A DNA stretch of 64,000 nucleotides from positions 86,143-150,142 of the forward strand of contig JAZQJG010000034.1 in assembly GCA_045541535.1 (NCBI GenBank), written 5' to 3'. Positions 55,522-63,098 of this stretch are shown piece after piece (position 1 is the stretch's first letter; every line of letters starts with the position of its first letter). Position numbers and translations under genes: made by a program. The stretch comes from Eubacteriales bacterium. GTDB taxonomy: Bacteria > Bacillota > Clostridia > Oscillospirales > QAKW01. Below the pieces are notes generated by a model that was not told where the DNA came from, made no database searches, and saw only the letters and a list, made by a program, of their open reading frames with translations.

Positions 55522-55550
55522 ATTTTACTATATATTATTATAACTGTCAA
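55522..55550 (-). promoter_or_regulatory. Candidate sigma-A promoter of the polysaccharide locus (about 120-nt leader)
   Basis: TTGACA-17 nt-TAAAAT on the minus strand. Confidence 0.5.
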
Positions 55551-55561
55551 GTTAACAAGTA

Positions 55562-55605
55562 AAAATAGTATAACCCCGCCGAGACTGTGCTCGGCGGGGT
55601 TATAC
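55562..55605 (-). terminator. Intrinsic terminator after the C_GCAxxG_C_C gene
   Basis: Perfect 16-bp inverted repeat GTATAACCCCGCCGAG/CTCGGCGGGGTTATAC plus a T-run on the minus strand. Confidence 0.8.
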
Positions 55606-56051
55606 TAATTTTCAGCTATCATTTGATCCAACAAAACTGCAGCATATTCAACGAATACGGCGCACGGACGTTCTTTGTAAAACTTTTCATCTCTGGGGGT
55701 TGGTTTTGCGCCCGGGGTGGTTTTGAGTCCCGAAAGCAATTCCCTGCAACAAATAGTACCAAACTTTTCTTTAAAATCAGCGGCAAGTTTTTGAATGCGG
55801 GCATAATGCTCGGTGATTACACCTTTATCGCCGATATCGCTATATCCCCACAGGTAACCGGCTACCAGAAACATACCGGTTACGGCACCGCAGGTTTCCC
55901 GCATTCTACCCATACCACCACCAAAAGAGGAGGACAATTTAAGGCAGGTTTCCTTGTCCAATCCCATCTCATCCCGAAAGGCAGTGAATACTGCTTGAGC
56001 ACAGTTATAACCGGAGCAAAATAACTCCCTTGCTTCTTTGATATGATCCAT
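55605..56051 (-). CDS. C_GCAxxG_C_C-family putative redox protein
   Basis: Motifs GYNCAQAV, CGAVTG and TICCRELL. Confidence 0.85.
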   Translation of the reverse strand: MDHIKEARELFCSGYNCAQAVFTAFRDEMGLDKETCLKLSSSFGGGMGRMRETCGAVTGMFLVAGYLWGYSDIGDKGVITEHYARIQKLAADFKEKFGTICCRELLSGLKTTPGAKPTPRDEKFYKERPCAVFVEYAAVLLDQMIAEN

Positions 56052-56065
56052 ACTTTTCTCCTTTA

Positions 56066-56863
56066 TCAGTCCACATTTAAACCTTTTTTAAGCAGTACTC
56101 CACCCACGATCAAGCCGATGATCAGCAGTGCGCTGTACGCAACATTTCCGCCAATCATCAAGGCAGGAAACACGTCAAAATTCTGGGGTGCATTCTGTCC
56201 GAAAAGTTCCAAAACTTCCCTTGAAAACGGAAAGGCGACAACGATCGTCAAAACGAACGCAATCCCTTGGGACACAAAGTATACAAGGATTCCAAACAAA
56301 AACGAAAGTCCCACTTTGCCACGGTTAAAACAATGACCGATAATCGTGCCGATATATCCGCATTGCACCATACTCATCAGCTCCACAAACACCAGAAAAA
56401 TTAGTAAAAAAACCATTACAGGTATGCTCACTTTCATTGCCTGGGAAACAGGGATGAGCATGTTTTTGAGCAACGCATAATTCTCCTTGGAATAAAATGC
56501 AATTACAATTGAAAGACACACCACGGCAAAGCTGGTGATCAGTGAGAGCATACCTGCCACAAACTTAGATACGTAATGGCTATGGCGCTTTACGGGCAAA
56601 GTATGAGTGAGATAGCTTTCATCGCCAAACAGATTGTGCCGAAAGCGGATCCAGCAATGAATTACGTTATTGATCAACGTGGAAAACAACGCAGAAATCG
56701 TGGCGCCACTGCAAATTTTCCCAATGATATTCAGTATAAAAATCTCGTCAAAACAACCGAATAATCGGGTCAACATCGCCAATCCAAGAGTGATAATATA
56801 GTACACGATCAGTGATTTGCTGAGCAAAAACCGCAGATCGTAATGAATCAATTTTTTCAGCAT
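56066..56863 (-). CDS. ABC-2-type transporter permease (six TM, uncharacterised)
   Basis: Hydrophobic 265-aa protein, translationally coupled to the upstream ABC ATPase by a 7-nt overlap. Confidence 0.7.
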   Translation of the reverse strand: MLKKLIHYDLRFLLSKSLIVYYIITLGLAMLTRLFGCFDEIFILNIIGKICSGATISALFSTLINNVIHCWIRFRHNLFGDESYLTHTLPVKRHSHYVSKFVAGMLSLITSFAVVCLSIVIAFYSKENYALLKNMLIPVSQAMKVSIPVMVFLLIFLVFVELMSMVQCGYIGTIIGHCFNRGKVGLSFLFGILVYFVSQGIAFVLTIVVAFPFSREVLELFGQNAPQNFDVFPALMIGGNVAYSALLIIGLIVGGVLLKKGLNVD

Positions 56864-57552
56864 CGAAACATCCTCCTGAAAATCTCGTCAATTGAAGCAT
56901 TCTCTCTAGTGCGCAGTTCGTCGGTTGACGAAGCCAGCACCACCTGTCCCTGATCAATAAAAATCACGTCATCCAAAATTTGCTCCACATCAGAGATCAG
57001 ATGAGTAGAAATCAGAACCGAAGCTCCCTCGTCAAAATTGGACAAAATCGTATCCAAGATATAATCCCTGGTAGCAGGATCCACACCACCCAGCGGTTCG
57101 TCCAAAATATAGAGTTTTGCCTTTCGGCTCATCACCAAAACAAGTTGTAGCTTTTCCTGCATACCCTTACTCATTTTGGATATTTTTTGTTCTTCCGACA
57201 ATCCGAGATCCTGTAGCAAACGCTTGGCACGCTCAATCTCAAAATCCTCATAGAACTGTTCAAAATATTTCAGCACAGCCGAAACTTGCATATTCTTATC
57301 CAGATACGTACGCTCCGGCAGGTAGGAAATCAACCGTTTACTCTCCACACCAATGCTCTGTCCATTCACTGAAATCATACCGCTATCAGGGGTCAGCAGA
57401 TCGTTTATCAGCTTGATCAACGTGGATTTTCCTGCACCGTTTTTACCGAGAAGTCCCACAATGCGACCGGCGCCGATCTGAAACGAAACATCCCTTAAAA
57501 TATATTGTCCGTCAAACTTTTTACTGACGTTTTTGCATTCCAGCAAACTCAT
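56857..57552 (-). CDS. ABC transporter ATP-binding protein
   Basis: Walker A GKNGAGKST, signature MSKGMQEKL and Walker B LYILDEPLGGVD. Confidence 0.9.
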   Translation of the reverse strand: MSLLECKNVSKKFDGQYILRDVSFQIGAGRIVGLLGKNGAGKSTLIKLINDLLTPDSGMISVNGQSIGVESKRLISYLPERTYLDKNMQVSAVLKYFEQFYEDFEIERAKRLLQDLGLSEEQKISKMSKGMQEKLQLVLVMSRKAKLYILDEPLGGVDPATRDYILDTILSNFDEGASVLISTHLISDVEQILDDVIFIDQGQVVLASSTDELRTRENASIDEIFRRMFRC

Positions 57553-57917
57553 TTATACTCTCCTCCCATTCCTTGAATCAAAGCAATTGTTTTTTCGGTA
57601 TCATAGCCAATGTTCTTCATATCCGACAAAAAACGCTGACCAATACGCTGGGCATATTCCGCACGAAAATCGGCAATCTTTTGGGTATCCTCACTGACGA
57701 ATTTTCCGTTGGTGCGCTCCGTATAGATCAAACCGACACGTTCAAGTTCCAGCATTGCTTTTTGTACGGTATTCGGATTGACCTTGGTTTGTAACGCCAA
57801 TTCCCGCACCGATGGCAAGCGTTCCCCCGGAGTAAGTACGCCGGAAATAATATATACCCTCAGTTGATCAACAAGCTGAATATAAATCGGCGTATTATTA
57901 TCAAACGAAAACCTCAC
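57549..57917 (-). CDS. GntR-family (YtrA-subfamily) transcriptional regulator
   Basis: The wHTH is LPSVRELALQTKVNPNTVQKAMLELE, followed by a short C-terminal domain. The start is the GTG at 57917, 5 nt after GGAGGT. Confidence 0.88.
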   Translation of the reverse strand: MRFSFDNNTPIYIQLVDQLRVYIISGVLTPGERLPSVRELALQTKVNPNTVQKAMLELERVGLIYTERTNGKFVSEDTQKIADFRAEYAQRIGQRFLSDMKNIGYDTEKTIALIQGMGGEYK

Positions 57918-57929
57918 TACGCACCTCCA

Positions 57930-57951
57930 TTGTATTACTTGGCTAATACAA
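57930..57951. promoter_or_regulatory. Candidate YtrA-type operator
   Basis: Perfect inverted repeat TTGTATTA-N6-TAATACAA lies between the -10 element and the RBS of the GntR gene. Confidence 0.6.
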
Positions 57952-57979
57952 TAATACACCATACCAATCATTTTGTCAA
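57951..57979 (-). promoter_or_regulatory. Sigma-A-type promoter of the GntR-ABC operon
   Basis: TTGACA-17 nt-TATTAT on the minus strand. Confidence 0.55.
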
Positions 57980-57982
57980 TAG

Positions 57983-58015
57983 AAAAAAGAGGTTGTACAA
58001 AACAACCTCTTTTTT
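57983..58015 (-). terminator. Intrinsic terminator after the amidohydrolase gene
   Basis: AAAAAAGAGGTTGT-ACAAA-ACAACCTCTTTTTT. Confidence 0.8.
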
Positions 58016-58021
58016 GATCCG

Positions 58022-58840
58022 TTAAAATTGCCGTTTGATGCCGTAAACTTTACAAACGTTTTCACACAAAATCATTCGTTTTTCATCTGCCGTTAACGGT
58101 AGAGCGGCAAAACGATCCAATTCTGCGGCAGAGGACCACAACGGATAATCGGTACCGAACAGAACTCTGTCGGCCCCAAAAGCGTGAATCATTTGCACCA
58201 CGGAAGCTGCATCCCGATACATCATCGTAGACGAACAATCCACACATAAATTGGGGCAATCGACCAACTTTTCCGTTGCTTCCTCCCATACCGACCAACC
58301 GGCAAAGTGGGCACCCACCATTGTAAGGCCCGGAAATTCCCGCAAGACGCGCAAAACACGGTCGGGATTGGAATTATCATAACGATAGTCCCCCGTATGC
58401 ACCAGAAGGGGTAATTTTTCCTTCTGGCAAAGTTCATAGATCCGCATACAACGCTCGTCATCCATTTTAAAGTTCTGGATATCAGGGTGCAATTTCACCC
58501 CGTGAAGCCCCAACTCCACCAGATGATGCACATCTCCCCGCTGATCTTCGCCATCCGGATGCAGGGTACCCAAACCAATCAAACGGTCGGGGTGCGCGGA
58601 AACGGAAGCAGCAATAAATTCATTGATGCTTTTAACCTGATGCGGGGTGGTTGCAACCGACTGTACCACAAAACGGTCAATACCGGCGGCAATTCCTTCG
58701 GAAAGCATTGCCTCCACCGTACCGTCGGCGTAGGGCTCTTCTCCATAAAAATCGCCGGTGCTTTTGGCCGCACGGGCGGCAATCTTTTCGGGATAGATAT
58801 GGCAATGGGCATCAATTACCAAATACTGATTTTCAAGCAT
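58022..58840 (-). CDS. Amidohydrolase-2-family TIM-barrel metal-dependent hydrolase
   Basis: Motifs IDAHCHI, HGVKLHP and FGTDYP; 272 aa. It is the last gene of the Leu T-box operon. Confidence 0.8.
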   Translation of the reverse strand: MLENQYLVIDAHCHIYPEKIAARAAKSTGDFYGEEPYADGTVEAMLSEGIAAGIDRFVVQSVATTPHQVKSINEFIAASVSAHPDRLIGLGTLHPDGEDQRGDVHHLVELGLHGVKLHPDIQNFKMDDERCMRIYELCQKEKLPLLVHTGDYRYDNSNPDRVLRVLREFPGLTMVGAHFAGWSVWEEATEKLVDCPNLCVDCSSTMMYRDAASVVQMIHAFGADRVLFGTDYPLWSSAAELDRFAALPLTADEKRMILCENVCKVYGIKRQF

Positions 58841-58849
58841 TTGACTCCC

Positions 58850-61354
58850 CTATCCTTCCAGACCCAGCTTGCGGGCGGCATCCTCACGCATTTTATATTT
58901 CAAAATCTTGCCGGCCGCATTCATCGGGAAGGCGTCCACGAAATCAATATAACGGGGCACTTTATGACGAGCCATATTTTCATTGATGTATTGCTTCATC
59001 TCGTCCTCGGTCATGCTCTCCCCTTCTTTGAGAATAATACAAGCCATAATCTCCTCGCCGTACCGTTTGTCTGGCACACCGATAACTTGTACGTCACGTA
59101 CCTTGGGATGAGTATAAATAAACTCTTCGATTTCTTTAGGATAGATGTTTTCGCCGCCGCGGATGATCATATCCTTCAGACGGCCGGTAATGAGATAATT
59201 TCCCTCGGGCGTGCGGCAGGCAAGGTCGCCGGTGTGTAACCAACCGTCCTTATCAATGGCGGCCGCAGTAGCCTTGGGCATTTTGTAATAACCCTTCATA
59301 ATGTTATAGCCGCGCGCAACGAATTCACCGTTCACGCCGTCAGGGCAATCCTCGCCCGTCTCAGGATCAACGATCTTACATTCAACGTTAGCAAAGGCAC
59401 TGCCTACCGTTTCGGTGCGCACCTCCAGAGAATCATAATAACTACTCATAGTACAACCCGGAGAGGCCTCGGTCTGACCGTAAACTGACACGATTTCCCG
59501 CATATTCATAACGTCCGGCTGAGCGGCTTTTTTCATCAGATCGGCAGGACAGTTGGCACCCGCCATAATGCCGGTGCGAATATAGGAAAAGTCGGTCTTC
59601 TCAAAATCAGGATGCTGCATCATCGCAATAAACATAGTGGGCACACCGTTAAAACAGGTGATGTGCTCGTTATGAACGCAGGACAGCGCAGGCTTGGGTG
59701 AAAAGTAAGGAATGGGATACATCGTGGTGCCGTGAGTCATAGAAGCGGTCATAGAGAGAACCATACCGAAGCAATGGAACATGGGCACCTGAATCATCAT
59801 ACGGTCAGCCGTAGACAGATCCATATGATCACCGATATATTTACCGTTATTGACAACGTTATAATGCGTCAGCATAACGCCCTTGGGGAAGCCGGTGGTG
59901 CCGGAGGTGTACTGCATATTGCAGACATCATCCTTATCCACGGCAGCCGCCATACGATATACCTCTTCCACAGGCACCTGAGAAGAGCGAGAAACCGCCT
60001 CCTCCCAAGTCATGCATCCCTTTTGCTTGAAACCAACGGTGATAACGTTTCTGAGGAAGGGCAAACGACGGCTGTGCAAAGGTTTGCCGGCTTTGATCTC
60101 CTCCAGTTCGGGGCAGAGCTTGGCAATGATCTCACCATAATGATTGTCCTTACCGCCCTCGGTGAGAATAAGGGTATGAGTGTCGGACTGGCGGAGCAAA
60201 TATTCCACCTCCGCAATTTTATAGGCAGTGTTAACGGTGACCAAAACGGCGCCGATCTTAACCGTTGCCCAGAAGGCAATATACCACTGAGGTACGTTAG
60301 AGGCCCAGACTGCTACGTGATGACCGGCTCTGACGCCCATATCAATCAGCGCTCTGGCAAAGGTATCCACGTCGTCACGGAATTCGCTGTAGGTACGGGT
60401 ATAATCCAGCGTGGTATATTTAAATGCGTACTGATCGGGAAATTCCTCCACCATACGGTCCAGCACCTGGGAGAACGTGAGATCAATTAAAAGATCCTTT
60501 TTCCAGATAAATTTGCCGGTATGGGCACGGTTATAATACAGGGTCTTTTCATTTTTGGAGGTATCGTTGAACTGTTTCATAAAGTTGACGTATTGAGAAA
60601 AAATGATCTCCATATCGTCCAGTTCTTCAGACCACTTAGGATCCCAAACCAAAGAAATAAAGCCATCGTAGTTTACGGAACGCAACGCCAGCATCATTTC
60701 TGCAATAGGCAGTTCTCCCTCGCCGGCCAGGCAAAATTCAACGCCATTCTCCGTTTTGACACCGTCACAGAAAAGAACGTGTTTTAAATATGCGCCCAGA
60801 TTCTGAATAATCTCCTCTGAGGATTCTCCTGCCCCAAAATAAGCGGCAGACATATTCCAAAGTGCCGCCAGATTGTCACAGGCAAAGCGATTGAGCATCT
60901 CCCGCAGATAAGCGGTGTTGCAGAAAATACCGGAAGTTTCAAGCAGAAAGGTGATTCCCTTCTCCTCGGCTTCAGGAAGTACCTCGGCGATACAGGCGGC
61001 AATGCCGTCCAAAGAACTCTCGTCTCCTGACATCGCCTTGATACGGACGTTGGGAATATGAAGATTGGCAGCTACCGCCATACAACGACGGATTTCATCC
61101 AAGGTTGCCTCTTTGGCGCTTTCCTCTGCCAGATCGCACAACGTGTCAATACAAGGAATCTGCAGTTTTTTCTCGTACAGACGACGCAGAGTGGCCGCCG
61201 CGGCGTAATCGTGAAAGGCGCCGCCACGGTCGGTAAACAAGCGGTTGTTGATATTGTGCAGTTCAATACCGGAAAAGCCCAGTTCTACTGCAATATCGCA
61301 AAATTCTTCAAAGGTATTGTGATGCCACCCACGGGTGGAAAAAGAGAGTTTCAT
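58850..61354 (-). CDS. Fusion protein: N-terminal xylose-isomerase-like TIM barrel + C-terminal AMP-forming acyl-CoA synthetase/ligase
   Basis: Residues ~1-270 are AP_endonuc_2-like (GFSGIELHN..., FLLETSG, ISLVWDPKW). Residues ~290-834 are ANL-type (YTSGTTGFPKGVMLTH, TGDLACRTPEGNYLITGRLKDMIIRGGENIYP, PMNAAGKILK). Confidence 0.85.
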   Translation of the reverse strand: MKLSFSTRGWHHNTFEEFCDIAVELGFSGIELHNINNRLFTDRGGAFHDYAAAATLRRLYEKKLQIPCIDTLCDLAEESAKEATLDEIRRCMAVAANLHIPNVRIKAMSGDESSLDGIAACIAEVLPEAEEKGITFLLETSGIFCNTAYLREMLNRFACDNLAALWNMSAAYFGAGESSEEIIQNLGAYLKHVLFCDGVKTENGVEFCLAGEGELPIAEMMLALRSVNYDGFISLVWDPKWSEELDDMEIIFSQYVNFMKQFNDTSKNEKTLYYNRAHTGKFIWKKDLLIDLTFSQVLDRMVEEFPDQYAFKYTTLDYTRTYSEFRDDVDTFARALIDMGVRAGHHVAVWASNVPQWYIAFWATVKIGAVLVTVNTAYKIAEVEYLLRQSDTHTLILTEGGKDNHYGEIIAKLCPELEEIKAGKPLHSRRLPFLRNVITVGFKQKGCMTWEEAVSRSSQVPVEEVYRMAAAVDKDDVCNMQYTSGTTGFPKGVMLTHYNVVNNGKYIGDHMDLSTADRMMIQVPMFHCFGMVLSMTASMTHGTTMYPIPYFSPKPALSCVHNEHITCFNGVPTMFIAMMQHPDFEKTDFSYIRTGIMAGANCPADLMKKAAQPDVMNMREIVSVYGQTEASPGCTMSSYYDSLEVRTETVGSAFANVECKIVDPETGEDCPDGVNGEFVARGYNIMKGYYKMPKATAAAIDKDGWLHTGDLACRTPEGNYLITGRLKDMIIRGGENIYPKEIEEFIYTHPKVRDVQVIGVPDKRYGEEIMACIILKEGESMTEDEMKQYINENMARHKVPRYIDFVDAFPMNAAGKILKYKMREDAARKLGLEG

Positions 61355-61356
61355 GC

Positions 61357-62736
61357 TTATGCCTCCTCGTATACGATCTTGTTGACGGCATTAATATAGG
61401 CGCGGATGCTGGCGCCGATAATATCAGTGGAAATACCGTTACCGGAATACAGCTTGCCGCCGGAACGCAGTTTGACGATGGCCGAGCCCATTGCTTCTTT
61501 ACCCTCGGTAACCGATTGAATCTGGAAATCATCCAGTTCATAGTGATAACCGATGATCTGATCAATGGCCAAAAAAGCGGCGTCAATGGGGCCGTCGCCA
61601 AGGCAAACGCCCTGCATCGGCACGTCGTTTTTACTCAGCGTAATCTGTGCGCTGGAAGAAATAATATTTCCGTTATTGATGATGTAATTTACAAGTTTAT
61701 AGGTAGCGGGCACCTGCAATGCAACGCTGGCGACAATAGCCTCCAGTTCTTTGGCGCCAACATTTTTGTTGGCGGCCACATTGCGAAATTCTTCATATAC
61801 CTTGGCCTGATCTTCCTCGGAAAGATCGTAGCCCAGCTTTGCCACCGCCGTAATGACTGCCGCCTGATCGTCGCCGGCATCCAGCCGTATACCGCTTTCA
61901 TCTGCCATAGCGACCGTGACGGCAGATTTTTCATTTTTAACGTTTTGCGCAATCCAACGGATTTGTTTTACTACACGGTGGAGTTCAGTGACACGGATAC
62001 GAGAAGCAAAACCGTAAGTATTGCCGCAGTTTTTGATCATATCGGTAAAGACCTCCAGATCCACTCCGGTGCCCTCTACACAGGCCTTAACGTCCGCCAC
62101 ACCGGCACGAACCGCCAAAATCACAGATGCACAGGCCAGACCGTTTTTATCTTCACAAGCCACCGCTACGGGTAAGTCGGTATATTCCACGATCTCACGT
62201 GCAAATGCCGCAAAGTCATCGGGCATCATTTCAGCCGCCGTATCACATACCGCTACGCAAGAGGCGCCGGCAGCCACAGCTGTTTCAATGGCCTGACGCA
62301 AAAAATCGCCCTCTGCACGGGTGGCGTCCTGCGCACAGAATTCAACCTTACCGCATTTCTCTTTGGCGGCAGAAACGGCCGTTTTGATCCACTCAAGCAT
62401 TTTATCGGGTTTACGATGGCTGATATATTCCATCCCCACGGGAGACATGGGAAGTTCAATACGAATACAAGCGTTTTCCGCATTACTCAGGGCCAAAGCG
62501 GCATTTTCAATACTCTCCATATTGCTGCCCGCCGCAACGCTGAGCGTCGCTTTTTTCACAAAAGAAGAAACGGTGCGCACAAACAGGATATCGGTTTTTG
62601 CATTGACGATTTCAGGAAGCTCGATCACATCCACGTTTAGCTTTTCCAACTGACGGGCAATCTCGATCTTTTCTTTAAAGCCGAAGACGCCGTCCTTACG
62701 GCAAAGTGTTGTGTCGGCAATTTTGATTTGTTTCAT
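61357..62736 (-). CDS. 2-isopropylmalate-synthase-like protein with degenerate catalytic motifs and an intact LeuA-type C-terminal regulatory domain
   Basis: HMGL-like barrel in which DTTLRDGEQ is replaced by DTTLCRKDG and HxH by AVACEDKNG. The C-terminal GDGPIDAAFLAI...GISTDIIGASIRAYINAVNKI matches the LeuA dimer/regulatory domain. Confidence 0.8.
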   Translation of the reverse strand: MKQIKIADTTLCRKDGVFGFKEKIEIARQLEKLNVDVIELPEIVNAKTDILFVRTVSSFVKKATLSVAAGSNMESIENAALALSNAENACIRIELPMSPVGMEYISHRKPDKMLEWIKTAVSAAKEKCGKVEFCAQDATRAEGDFLRQAIETAVAAGASCVAVCDTAAEMMPDDFAAFAREIVEYTDLPVAVACEDKNGLACASVILAVRAGVADVKACVEGTGVDLEVFTDMIKNCGNTYGFASRIRVTELHRVVKQIRWIAQNVKNEKSAVTVAMADESGIRLDAGDDQAAVITAVAKLGYDLSEEDQAKVYEEFRNVAANKNVGAKELEAIVASVALQVPATYKLVNYIINNGNIISSSAQITLSKNDVPMQGVCLGDGPIDAAFLAIDQIIGYHYELDDFQIQSVTEGKEAMGSAIVKLRSGGKLYSGNGISTDIIGASIRAYINAVNKIVYEEA

Positions 62737-62762
62737 AACAGTTCATCCTTTCATTGTGCCTT

Positions 62763-63052
62763 AAAAAATAAAAATCCCTGAGATCGGAAAAACACCGATC
62801 TCAGGGACGAAAAAACTCCGTGGTACCACCCTGTTTACCGCATAAAGCGATCACTCTTCCAGCTCTATCAAGCCGAATGCCGTGGTAACGGTGGCAAACC
62901 CGTGACCGCCTACAAGTAAAAGATTCAGCAGTCCGGCTCAGGAGTGAGACTTCTTTACTCGTTCACACTGCCTCACACCAACCGACAGCTCTCTGAAATG
63001 AATGGGAATAAAGAATAATTCCGTCATCGCCTTTAAAAGGTAGTTTTAAATT
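62763..63052 (-). promoter_or_regulatory. T-box leader, specifier CUC (Leu), with terminator
   Basis: On the minus strand the leader reads GGCGATGACGG...CAGAGAGCTGTCGGTTGGTGTGAGG...GAAGT-CTC-A-CTCCTGAGCC. The T-box core is AACAGGGTGGTACCACGG. The terminator is TCCCTGAGATCGG-7 nt-CCGATCTCAGGGA followed by TTTTTATTTTTT. The CTC specifier is at 62946-62948. Confidence 0.85.
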
Positions 63053-63059
63053 ATTATGG

Positions 63060-63088
63060 ATTATACCACAGCGTAGTTGCTTTGTCAA
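63060..63088 (-). promoter_or_regulatory. Consensus sigma-A promoter for the Leu T-box operon
   Basis: TTGACA-17 nt-TATAAT on the minus strand. Confidence 0.7.
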
Positions 63089-63098
63089 CAAAAATTTT

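Noticed and set aside
38432-55550. Polysaccharide locus as a mobile or genomic island.
   Set aside because: No integrase, transposase, flanking direct repeats or tRNA attachment site is present. The compositional shift is confined to the central cassette, which fits homologous cassette exchange rather than a mobile element.
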